DNA of 64,000 nt from Lama glama (lineage: Eukaryota), in NCBI GenBank assembly GCA_028534125.1, contig CM052816.1, positions 81,656,001 through 81,720,000 of the forward strand, written 5' to 3'. Below, piece by piece: positions 1 through 11,075 of this stretch (position 1 is its first letter; each line of letters begins with the position of its first letter). The position numbers and the translations under genes are program-made. The notes below the pieces were generated by a model. It was not told the origin of the DNA. It did no database searches and saw only the letters and a program-made list of their open reading frames with translations.

Positions 1-1058
1 TTATTTCTACTTACTTCTTTGTACATTCCATCTACAAATATACCTTCTTTGTGTAAGGCTTTATGAAGATCACCCAGCTCCTCAAATGAAGGAATATGGT
101 CCCTTGAGAGGAGAGTTATTTTGATTCTTCTCAACCCATTATACAGATTGGCTATAGTTGCAGAAATATGCATGAAATAGCCTTTCCAGAAATTATATTC
201 ACTCGTGGGGCACCATTTCCCCGGCTGCAAAGCTGAACTTGATACTTTTGTGCCCATTTTCCACCTTTCCAACTTTCTCTTTCATCCTTAAAGGGCATCT
301 CCTGAGTCAAGCAGAAATCAATAAGGAACCATCTAGGAAGTTACTGTTTTGTTAGGAACCCAGAGGAATATCTGGCCAAGAGGATTTCTGGAGGGAGCAC
401 ACTGACGCTAAAGAAATGTAACTTTACGAGAGAGTGTGGCTTACAATGGGGGAGACAATCTGAGGCCTGAGGTGTATCTATTACCATTCAGAATAGACCA
501 CATCTGCTTTAGGTAAGACTAGCCCTGACCATCACAGCTGGATATCATAGTATCAGAGATTGCTGGGAAGCTTCCAAACTTCACCGGAATTCAGCAATAT
601 AATAACACAATCCCATGAAAATGTCCCTGGTTTTGAAGTGTTAAAAATAAAAGCAGATGCTTCCCTGCAGGTTGGACATCCTGTGTCACACTGAGGCATG
701 GATATTTATGCTATCAGCAGCCACCAGGAATTCTTGGCCTTCAGTGGCAATTCCACTGGTGACAGCAGTGATAAATAACATTGCAGTTCAAGCACTTTAT
801 CTGGGCCTCATATGACTCCAATTATACCACAGAAGGCTTGAATTTTCCACTTAGGATCACTCAGCTAGCTCTTTATTTAAATGGGATAAAATGACTTGGA
901 TTTTTTTGTTGTTATTGTTATGTCCTCTGATCATTTATCTTAATAAATCTGTTGGCTTCTACATGCAAGGTCATCTTAGATGTATTTTCAAATCTTAAAC
1001 GCAACTTCAAACAAAATTTCTTTTAAAATTCAGGTTCTACAGTCAAACCAAACCTTAC
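1..1058 (-). other. PDZD2: 5' part of the PDZD2 intron downstream of the exon
   Basis: Begins with the GTAAGG donor at 1058 on the minus strand. Confidence 0.85.
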
Positions 1059-1560
1059 CCGTGCCAGGCAGTCGCTGGACTGGAAGTCCGTCTTCCCAGA
1101 TTTTGAGAAGTGCCGTTTGTCATTGCTTGTGGGCAGAGGAGCATCTGTCTTTGAAATTCTAGGCTCTGTCCCTCTGTCCAATTCCGACCTGTCTAGATGG
1201 GATCCAGCCACCTCCTTGAGCGAATCTGGGCCATTTTCTAGCTCAAAAGCATGACCGTTTCCAAGTTCAGGGTCTAGGCCATTGTCCAGTTCGGAGACGG
1301 GGTCATTGTCCAGTTCACAGCCAGTGCTGCTCTTGGACTCTTCAGTGGCTTTGTGAGTAGCAGGCCTGGCAATGACCCCAAACTTTCTTGCTCTCTTTCC
1401 CTTTTTCACAGTTTGGTCACTCAGCTCCAAGGTAGGCGTCTCTCCTGGTTCAGAGCTGTTGCTACTGTTGCCGTTATAAGGAGAATGGACTTTGTGCTTG
1501 AAGCGACGCAGCATGATCAGGTAGATAAAGCCGCCATTCCAGCACTGTTCAGCCAGGTAA
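1059..1560 (-). CDS. PDZD2: Internal coding exon of PDZ domain-containing protein 2 (second coding exon; end of the N-terminal PDZ-like domain plus the linker to the next PDZ domain)
   Basis: Translation (S)YLAEQCWNGGFIYLIMLRRFKHKVHSPYNGNSSNSSEPGETPTLEL...KTDFQSSDCLAR matches mammalian PDZD2 as I recall it. Minus-strand acceptor cctctctgtcccttacAG|T (AG at 1562-1561) and donor CGG|GTAAGG (GT at 1058-1057). Length 502 = 1 nt + 167 codons, so phase 2 in and phase 0 out. Confidence 0.96.
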
Positions 1561-2201
1561 CTGTAAGGGACAGAGAGGTGCCGGTTAAAACCCTCAAAGC
1601 ATCTTCTGGAATGATGCAGCAAGTGGATGCACCCGATGGCCCGGCCAGGACCCACGTGATTAAAAGCCTGGCCAAGTGATCAAGGCACCAAGCATCTTAA
1701 AGAGACTCAACACTCAATTTTTAATCTATTTAATTGTTGACGCTAAAAATAACCCCCAACGCAAAAAGCCACCACGAACTGGAAATTACTAACGAAACTA
1801 CCCGACGATAGGTAGTCAGAGAAGGATTTTTCTATTAACAGCAAATCCTAACATATCATTAAAAAAATTATTCTCCACTCCCTCCACAGTGTGTTGCATC
1901 AGAATTATGCTAGCCTCCCATTCATAGCGTTCTGATGTAGTAACACTGCAAGTCCCCAGGGTAAACCGGAAGAATAGGTTGGGGTAAATGTAAAGTTCTG
2001 CTCTCAGGATCAACAGATCAACTGTACAAGAAGAATCTGCCTCCCAGCAGTTAAAGTGAAAAAAAAAGATCCTGAGGTGGGGGATAGAGGGGTTGGCCAG
2101 TATTAAGATGCAGTTGATAAAGGAGCATTGACAAGTATGCGTGGCACTGAATGAGGCTCAGGTTCATTTCTTGGTAGTATTTCTAGTTTGGTTGTTCATA
2201 G

Positions 2202-2659
2202 TGAGACAGGCTGGGACCTGGGACTCTGGGCTGCAATGCTTGCCCCTGGACAAAGGTGTCTCCTCGAGCAACAAAATACAAAGAAACTATCAAGGACTAA
2301 AATAACCCTGTGCCTGCGCAGTTGGAGCCAGTTACCAACAATAAGATACAAAAAGACCAAAAATCTAATTATCACTTCTGAGGTGTCCAGAGCAAAAGCA
2401 GGGTACCGCACATGATCCCTGCACACAGCACCACCAAGGGGGTGGGCAGACCACCTAAGCCACCCACTCCAGCCCCACCCCATTTAAGGGACTGGCTCAC
2501 CCCTCCCCCTCCAAAAAGAAAAGCAGGGAGGGGAACCTGCTACTTATTTTCACTCCCTCTGCTGCAGCACGAGTCCCAGGAAAGCCTTGCCTGAATTTCT
2601 CATCTGGCCTCTTATCAATTTCTATTGATTAAGGAGACCAAGAACCCTGGTTGGTAACA
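2202..2659 (+). mobile_element. Complete solo LTR, probably ERV class I (458 bp)
   Basis: Begins TG (tgagacagg) and ends CA (ggtaaca). Flanked by an exact 4-bp TSD, ATAG, at 2198-2201 and 2660-2663. The 3' end (aaagccttgcctgaatttctc...aagaaccctggttggtaaca) resembles ERV1 LTR U5 ends. Confidence 0.85.
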
Positions 2660-2669
2660 ATAGCACATG

Positions 2670-2940
2670 TGAAGTGTCATTTCCAGTCTGGGCATCACAT
2701 TAAGAGGAACACTGACAAAGTGGAAAACACACAGATGTAGGAGACAGCTGCTAAGCTGGCCACCAGGAACAGAGGGAGGAAGGAGGGATGTTTAACTTGA
2801 AGACAACAAGGGCCAGGCTCACTCGCTTTCACATGTATATGAGGGCTGCCAAAGGCTTAGAAACAGGAAATCATATAAATGAGGTCACACATGTGAAGCC
2901 TGACACACGACTCCTCCAGATTTTTAAAGAATAGCAATAG
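2670..2940 (+). mobile_element. Ancient L3/CR1 LINE fragment
   Basis: ttccagtctgggcatcacattaagaggaacactgacaaagtgga and gggatgtttaacttgaaga resemble the CR1/L3 ORF2 3' region. Confidence 0.45.
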
Positions 2941-3984
2941 AATATTAAATGAGATGAGTAATTAGTAGTGTCCAGGATCAGATCATTAAAGCTTTAGCAA
3001 AGAAAACACTTGCAGAAAGTCAGCAAGCCAGGCTGGGCTAGACCCTCCACTCTTGCCACCCAAGATAAGGCAGCACAAGCCCCAGATGAACCCCGGGAAA
3101 CGCCTTTGCCCCTGGCATCCTGCTGCATTCTGCACATCACCGGTTCCCAAGCAAAGAATGTCAACAACCAAATCCTTAACGAATCAGACCTGCTTCCAGC
3201 CTTCAAGTGCTTACAGAGAGAAGGCCTGGGGCTATGTTACCTACATCTTCAATATGTGAAAAACAGAGAACTTTTTCAAGTACACTAAACTGCCTCTCCC
3301 CCTCCAGGGCTGAAGAGCAGACTTGAGAGCTGGGGCAGTCAGTATGCGAGAAGGGGACCAGGTTGTAAGGAGAGGTGACCAACTGTATTTGAAATGTACT
3401 AAATTCTGGGCCAAGAGCGTTATCTAGTGGGCAGGTAAATGCAGTGACAGGAACTGTCCCAGAGAAGAGAATTCTGTACTTCTGCCTTGGAGTAAAGTGA
3501 ACAAGAGAGATGAATCACTAAACATTGACCAAAGCTAGGAAAAACTTTCTTTGCTCCTGGGCTATAAACTATGGTAATAAACATATACATAAAAACCAGA
3601 CAGATAAAAGATACAGCCCTCAGGTTGCTCTGTGAAACACAGTAAGATGAAGAGGCATGAAGACTTGACCACTGGAGTCCAGAAAATGAAAATTAAACTT
3701 GGTTCTCAGCACCATTTTTCTATCTTTAGATTTCTTGTTGTTGTATTATGTAGTCTTTTCCCGTATTGGATAAAAATCTTTTAAAGTAATTAGCCATAAG
3801 AGTAATTAGCCAGATTGTAAGGGTTTTCTTTGAGCAAACTACTACTATTAATTGAATACATATGCTCAGATGTTATACAAAACAGTATGGGGTTGTAAAA
3901 ACAGAGCAAGGCTGAGAGTTAGACACCTAAGTTCTCATTGTATCTTTGGCCCCACCATGTAAAACAATGATAATTATAGCAAAT

Positions 3985-4390
3985 TTCCATGACTGATGAA
4001 CAGATAGACAAAACATGGTATATCCATATAATGGGATACTATTCAGCAATAAAAAGGAATGAAGTTTATGCTACAACACTGGTGAAGCTCAAAAACATTA
4101 TGCTAAGTGATAGACGCTAGACCCCAAAGGCCACACATCATTCTATTATAGGACACATCCAGGTGAGGCAGATCCATTGAGACAGAAAGTGGATTAGCTG
4201 TTGCCAGTGGGGTAGAGGATAATTAAGACTGACTACTAAAAGGTACAGGTTTTGCAGGGAGGGAGGTGACGGAAAAGTTCTAGAATTAGATAGTGGTGAT
4301 GGTTTCACAACATGGTGAATGTAGCCACTAAACTGTACACTTTAAAATGATGAGGTTTCTGTTAGGTGAATTATGTCTCAATTTTTAAAA
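3985..4390 (+). mobile_element. L1 (L1MB-like) 3' end fragment
   Basis: Diagnostic gatgaacagatagacaaaacatggtatatccatataatgggatactattcagcaataaaaaggaatgaag ... gaattatgtctcaatttttaaaa. Confidence 0.88.
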
Positions 4391-4444
4391 CATAATAGCT
4401 GGCCAAGTTTTGAGTTTATTCTTTGGGTGGATGCTCCTTAAGAA

Positions 4445-4650
4445 TTCTCTTTACAGAAGCAGCAGCTGAGGCTCAGAAATATTAACTAACTTGCCCAAGT
4501 TCACATACCTGCCAACTGGTAAACCCAGGTCTGTCCACTTCCCAACCCATACTACATCCTCTGTGCAATTCTGCTCCTTAAATTATTATCATCCCTGTGC
4601 TTCAGTGTCCTCATCTGCAAAGTGAAGGGGTCAAAATGGACCATCTCTGA
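4445..4650. mobile_element. MIR SINE fragments in both orientations
   Basis: ctgaggctcagaaatattaactaacttgcccaagttcaca and cttcagtgtcctcatctgcaaagtg are MIR core motifs. Confidence 0.65.
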
Positions 4651-5670
4651 GTTGCTTTCATATTCTAGTTGTGACTGCTCATTTCCTGGGAAGAGTTCTA
4701 GGGACAGGAGGAGCAAGCCATCCCAGTGCCAAGAATAAAACATAAACCTGGAAAGATAGCAAAGGTAGAAAGTCCTTTTATGTCCAAGTTGTCCTAGGCC
4801 TCCGGGGCATTTACCATCAGCCTGAAAAAGATTTCGTCTGAAGAGGCGACTTCTTTAAAATTGCTTTTGGGAGTTTACCTTTTGTATTAAAACTCTGAAC
4901 AACTTGATGGATTGTCCCCAGAGACCTTCTTTTCAGTACCAAAAAGGCTGGTCCATTGATTCACAGTACAAGATCTTGAAAATCTTTCCCATCTCTACTC
5001 TCGTGGAAGCTCCAAGAGCCTTGGAAAGTTCCATGACTGACAGTATTTTATTCCTTCTGCAGGATCCACACTTAACAAAATTATAAAGCAAGGGGAGTTT
5101 ATTCTTAGTTTGGCACCATCTCCCTGTCCTTTCCTGGCTTCCCAGCAATAAACCAGATCCTGACATTTTCAGGGAACTGTATGACAGGTTACTTTATTCC
5201 TTCCTGGACAATGCATTTTCTAAGGTCATCCTGAAGACAAAGTGTAATGAATGAATTACGGGCACTCTAGCAAGTTGGTACAAAAGAGACTTTTCGGCAC
5301 CACGTAATTTTTTTTTAAGCTTTCAAATACTTTATTAAAATACGGAAGACCATTAATGATTCAAAAAAGCTTTTTTCAAAAAAGGTTTGGTAAAGGATCA
5401 TGTAGACAGTTTATTTAGGATTATCCTTACACCTATTAAAATTTAAACCCAACTACAAATAATTAAAAAGTATCTACGGAAGAATTCTTACAATTCTTCA
5501 AATCACCTTAAATGTAATGCTGCCACATTCTCTCTCCATCTCCATCTAAATGACTTACCTAACTTTTCCCGCACCTGCCTGGCTAATTCATATTTCCAAA
5601 TCCCTTTTTCCATTCAGTAGGATTCTTACACACCATTAGAATCTTTAAACTTCGAAGTCAACATTAGAGA

Positions 5671-5850
5671 GGGGAGGGTATAGCTCAGTGGTAGAGGGCG
5701 TGCCTAGCATGTATAAGGTTCTGGGTTTGATCCCCAGTACTTCCATTAAAAAAAAACAAATAAAAACCTAATAACCTCCCCCCTAAAAAATTAAAATAAA
5801 ATAAAGCAAAGGGCATTAAAAAATTAAAAAACAAATCTATGTCCAAAAAA
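5671..5850 (+). mobile_element. tRNA-derived SINE, camelid Vic-1-like, full length
   Basis: Head ggggagggtatagctcagtggtagag (A box) ... ggtttgatcccc (B-box-like), followed by an A-rich tail. 16-bp TSD aagtcaacattagaga (5655-5670) / aggtcaacatcagaga (5851-5866), 2 mismatches. Confidence 0.9.
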
Positions 5851-7859
5851 AGGTCAACATCAGAGAAACAAGAAATGAAACCCAGGTCTCCTCCTCATTG
5901 ACAGGTAAAATCAGCCTTTAGAAGCTTCTCTACTGCATGATTATATTTTGGTTTCTTGCAAAAATTTGAAACTGTCCTCTGGCATGTAAAATTATTCATT
6001 TAATTCAAATTTATTTGATTTTGACCACCCCAGGCTGGCCTTAAGATAAAGGGAAGACCAGTATATCCAGAAATGAGGTTCTGAGCTCTAGTCTAGAACT
6101 TTCCCCTTGGAACGTGTTGTGGTTGGTCTTTCCAAGCATCTTTCTTACCTAGATTTCTTCCTCCTCCTTTCCCTCAAAAAGTGCTTTATCCAAAAGAATG
6201 TTTGAATACCTCCTCCGTTTCTTGATGCTGTGTCATAATTCTGGAGTCTGGGCTCTGCAGGGGTGGGAGCCAGCAAAGGGGTTGGCAGGTGCCAACGGAT
6301 GCTTTGAAGAGCTAAAGGGATAAAGCTGCCTGGAGTTTGAAGAACAAGAAGGACATGGAGGCAGGAGATAAGAGAGGTGCTAAGACAGGGGAGGCACTGG
6401 ATAGCCAAAGACATGCACTATTCACTCATGCCCTGATTCCATCAAAGATGACTTGAGGCAGCTGTACAATTTTGATATTCTAGACTGTTCTGCCAAAGCC
6501 CTTGGAAGAGCAATCTCCAAGTGCCTCTGAAAATCATCTTGGGCCTTCAGCCGTCAATCACTGATGCCTGGCACACAGTGTGAATCCACAGAGGGGTGCC
6601 ACCGGGCTGAACCATGGGTGCAGAGGAACTTGGACCGTCACCGCCTGGACCACAGTGGCTTGTACAACTCAAGAGAAAACATGAAAGAATTCTTTCACCA
6701 AAGTAGATATTCTTACTTCATCTGAGTATGTCAGGTCCTCAGTACAGATAGCAGGAGACTAACCACTGACTGCAGGAAGATGTTTACGGACAAGTTATTG
6801 TATCAGGGTCTGTTTTCTAAGATGGGACTAGCTGCTAAAAGCCACCCCGTCTAACACACAGGACGAACAGAGATCAATCGTTCTTGCCTCTGATTTCCTC
6901 TCGCCTAAGAAGTAATGGGAAGCTGAAAAGCCGTTTGTGGTCCTTTGAAACCCTGCTAAGCCTAATTAATCCAGAGAGCTGTCTGAGGTTATAAATCTGT
7001 AGGTTCCCAGAGAACAAAGGGCTGAGAGGAAGTGTTAAATGTATACAGATTAATTTCCCAGTGAAGTCTTGGCTGGGACACAGAGGGAGGCAAGTTTGGA
7101 CAGCTCTGCAAGCGGGGGACGGGAAGATGATAAACACCATTTCCTGGAGTCACTTAGTAACCATATTCCCCAAGGGCCATCTCTCTCAGGTGCTGCCTCC
7201 CAGCTACCTTGAACTTGGGGCACACCTCTCCCAGATTCCACAACCTTCCCCTCCAACCCCCCCGAAACAGCCAACCTTTCTCTGAGGGTCTCTGAAGGCA
7301 GAATTTTGGGGCTAATGTCGTGCTAGAAGAGTGACTGGTGTCCTTGGTGTGCTCATAAGGCTCTGTCTGAAGATAAATCAACCTGCTTCTTTGCTAGTAC
7401 GGAGAGGGGGAAAGTTAGTTCTGAGTCGGTGGAGAAAGATGGGGTTCAGGCAGCAATGAGGATTTGAAAATAGACCAGGGTCTAGGTTGAGTGTAGAAAT
7501 AAATAGAACACAGTGTTCCAGCTGCTGGGTCAGGGAAGTAACTGAGGAAACCAGCCTTTACTACTTCTCACCTCCTCTACTCAGCACAAATGGCTGGATT
7601 CAGGAACTCTCCCCTCTGCTCCCTTGTTGGAGTCCAGAGTAATGAATGAATATGATCTCCTTATTATAAAATGTGAATTTATTATTTTAATCATAAAATT
7701 TGAAGTGGGAAACACAGGTTGAGGGTGATGAATCAGGGTAAATATTTATACGAAAAAAAATTTTCTGATCTCTGATACAGTATTAGCCATTTAAACCCAA
7801 ATGAAATTATCGGCTACCAAAACTTGTAACCACCACACTATGTAGCAATAAAATTTAAG

Positions 7860-8084
7860 TCACACCCATCTATATACCAGGACAGAGGTCCAAATTGCCC
7901 TGAGGGAAGTGGGATGTGGGGAAGTGGTCAAATATGCTGATCCACCAGCTACTACTATTTCTATGAATAACAAACTGTCTTTCATCTCTGACCCAGGAGT
8001 CTCATGTCTTCTGCTGGCATCTGTGAAACTGCGGTAGGCTGACACGTGAGCTTACCATATAGGGTAAAATCATAGTTCTCGACA
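7860..8084 (+). mobile_element. Old ERV LTR 3' fragment (family not determined)
   Basis: ctctgacccaggagtctcatgtcttctgctggcatctgtgaaactg...tagggtaaaatc...gaca resembles a eutherian LTR 3' terminus ending in CA. Confidence 0.55.
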
Positions 8085-8307
8085 GGTTGCAGAACAATAT
8101 ACAGAATAACTCAGTTTATAATTGACCTTGTTCCCCCAACATCAAACTCATAAAAGGAGCTCAATGATATATTATTCTTTACACCAGTGACTACGCAACA
8201 GAAATCAATATGCATCTTACAGCAAAACAATACTGAATGTAAATCTTTAAGGCCAAATCAAACAGTGGTGGAATTATACTCAGAGGAGCAATAGGAAGTG
8301 TTCTAGC

Positions 8308-8358
8308 CTCGGATTCCACAAACACTGATTAGATTCAATGTGTCAGCTTCCAAGGCAG
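8308..8358 (+). repeat. Copy 1 of a 51-bp exact dispersed duplication
   Basis: ctcggattccacaaacactgattagattcaatgtgtcagcttccaaggcag, identical to 9728-9778. Confidence 0.97.
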
Positions 8359-9314
8359 CAGCCACATTTGTGTCCATCAGCATTTCTGCCCTTTCCTTGC
8401 TTTAATTCCATCTCCTGCAACCACTAGTTGCAATACCCAAACAGTGCTGAAGCAGAGTTGGTTCTCTTTCTATTTCCTGTAAAGAGCTTCTGGATGTAAA
8501 CGGGTATGGGTAGGGGAGACACTACAAAAAACACTGGATAAAAAGCAGCTAAATCATATGATCAGTAAAAAAAAACTTATTTTGATTTCCATGCAACAGG
8601 ATAACACTGATTTTCATATTGATCTTAAAAATTCACATCTCAAACTAACAAGATTGCTTGAAATCCACCACCCTCACAGCAAAGTATCTCTACACCAGGA
8701 TGCAATACACATTTTTGACCTCAAGGCAGCATTAACAGGAAGGAAGTAGGAGTGTGGCCCTTGCTCTCACGTTGCAGTAAGTTTACCTGAAGTTCTCAGT
8801 TTTCTTGTACCTCATTTTTGCATGAATCAATACAAGTTTTTTCAAAAGTACCCATACACCTTTTGGAAATAGGAATTCAGAAACTATAAATGAAGTAGAA
8901 AATGCCTGATCAACAATGAGAACTATCTTAACACATCCTGCAGAGATACTGCCTTGCAAAAGAGAACCTCTAGGCTTCTATCTGCAAATGATTGTAGTTC
9001 TTTATTAAATTACTGTGAGTTAATCAGAGTTTTTTATAACTATATGAGCTCAACCTGCAGTCTGTACAGAGTCAAATTAGAACTCTAGCCACATAGCTTT
9101 GCTAACTCACCTGATGACGCTGGTCACATTTTCCCCCCGGAGGGCAGAGGGAGTGCAGGTAAAGTCAGTCTCTGCTGTACTTGAATGAGTCAGTTTCACC
9201 TCATGAGGAAATTGATGAGCTCAGATAGTGCAGTGGGAACTCATTTCCCTTTTTTTCTCTCATGACATAACGCTATTTTTTTCTGCTGATAAATTTACTG
9301 TTTGCTCATTACAA

Positions 9315-10410
9315 ATTCATTCATTCATTCAACAAATAGTTATTGACTATCTACTATATGCCAGGCACCGTTTTAGGCATGTGGGGGTCAACCAACTGAT
9401 TCCTGTCTTTGTAGAGCTCACAGTTTAGCAGGGGCAGACAGGCAATAAACAACAGACCTATTAAAATAAGCATCCAAATAAATAGTATGGTAGAAGGTGA
9501 AACATGCTATGGAAAATATCAAACAGGATGAAGAGGATCGAGTATGCAGGAGCTGGAGGAGTCAGGTTGAAATTTTAAATACGCTGAGCAAAGACTTGAA
9601 GAAGATGGAAGAGTTGGTCATGCAGTTACGACGAAGAAGGGCATTCCAGACAGAGGAAAGAGCCAGTGCAAACGTGGTAAACTGGAAATGTGCCTGGTAG
9701 GTGTGAGGAACAGCAAGGAGGAGTAGGCTCGGATTCCACAAACACTGATTAGATTCAATGTGTCAGCTTCCAAGGCAGGAGAGTAACAGGGGAGGGGGGA
9801 GAGCCAGTTTACACACGGCTGCTATAAAGACTTTTGTGCAAAATGGGGAGCTGTGCAGTTTTGAGCAGAGGAGTAATGTGATATGTACTATGTTTTAAAA
9901 TGATCCCTTTGCTCCTGTGTTGAGCATAGGCTGTTGGTAGAGCAAGGGTAGGAGGGAGGCCCGGTACTCAATCATCTTCAGAAATTCCAGGAACAAAGAA
10001 GCTGGCTCAGTGTAGAGTAGCAGAGAATTGGTCTGAAATGGCCAAAATCGTGATCAATTTTGAAAGTAGACTCAGCAGCCTTTGCTTTTGGATCTGATAC
10101 CGGATGTAGGAGGAAGAGAGTTTCAAGGATGGCATCCAGGTGTTTGGCTTGAGTAACCAGAAGGATGGGGTTGCCATCACTTGAGGCTGGTAGGGTGGCC
10201 TTTTGTGGGTTGGGGCTGTCTGATCTATTCAGATGCACAGATCTATTCTGGAGTTATGTTCTGGACGTGTTGAGTCTGAGATGCTGTGTGGCTGTTGTGT
10301 GGGCAGCTAGACATCTGAATCTGGACGTTGGCACAGAGGACTGGTCTGGAGATAAAAATTTGAGAGGTGTCATACTATTGATGGTGTTTAAAGCGTCCTG
10401 GAGATAAATT
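9315..10410 (-). mobile_element. L2 LINE 3' portion
   Basis: attcattcattcattcaacaaata...tatgccaggcac is the reverse complement of the L2 3' tail. L2 body motifs follow, such as ttttgagcagaggagtaatgtgat and ggagataaaaatttgagaggtgtcat. Confidence 0.88.
9728..9778 (+). repeat. Copy 2 of the 51-bp exact duplication, embedded in an L2 remnant
   Basis: Identical to 8308-8358, same orientation, offset 1,420 bp. Confidence 0.97.
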
Positions 10411-10819
10411 CCTTTAGGTGGGCTTTCTGGGTCCCAAGTTCTAGCTGGATCAAAAGCACATCCAAATATTTTCTGTGTACTTCCTTCCAGTCTTTGCTCT
10501 AGAAAGGGGATAACAATTTAGAATCCCACCAGAAGCATCTTAGAGAACCATCTGTCACTTTTTTAAATCTCTGCCAGTCTGATAGTCAAGAGTTACCTCA
10601 TGTCATAATCTGCAAATCAGTAATGACTAGTGAGGTGGAAAGTCTTAGCAGTCATTTGCCTGCTTTGAAAACCCCTATTCATGCCTTTGTAAAGCCTTCA
10701 TTTTTCTATGCTCATACACTAGCACGATGGCAGGCACATCACGAGCACCACAAAAAAAATGACTGGTCGATGACAAGATCCCTTCTACTAAAAAGACAGC
10801 TCTTTTTCTGTAAAATGGC

Positions 10820-11075
10820 TTGATCGAGGCATACTTTATGTCTCATATAATTCATCTATTTCAAATGAACAACTCAACGATTCTAGGAAATCTACCAAGT
10901 TGTGCAACCAGCACCATAAACCAGTTTTAGAACATTTTCATCACCCCAGGAAGACGCCTCGTGCCCTCCACAGTTAGTGCCATCCTCAGCCCAGCCACTG
11001 CTGTCTCTATAGATCTGCCTCTTCTGGATGTTTCATATAAATGAAAGCATGCAATACGTGGTCTCTTGCGTCTTA
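10820..11075 (-). mobile_element. L1 (L1MB-like) 3' end fragment
   Basis: aagttgtgcaaccagcaccataaaccagttttagaacattttcatcacccc and tctggatgtttcatataaatg. Confidence 0.82.

Noticed and set aside
1023..1655. The 210-aa ORF as a standalone gene
   Set aside because: It starts at a GTG in intron sequence. Only 1059-1560 matches PDZD2 and is bounded by splice sites.
1353..1679. Antisense 108-aa ORF overlapping the exon
   Set aside because: It is a shadow ORF opposite a real coding exon, with no recognisable homology.
3785..3812. 12-bp direct repeat agtaattagcca, and similar 10-12-bp doublets near 57392 and 58630
   Set aside because: Ordinary replication-slippage microduplications.
5671..5745. tRNA-Ala-like genes (also at 52562 and 57720-57790)
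   Set aside because: They have degenerate stems and A-rich tails, and two of the three have clear TSDs. These are SINE heads, not tRNA genes.
8308..9778. The 51-bp repeat pair as a CRISPR array or LTR pair
   Set aside because: Only two copies in mammalian DNA, with no spacer array, no cas genes, no TG...CA ends and no TSD.
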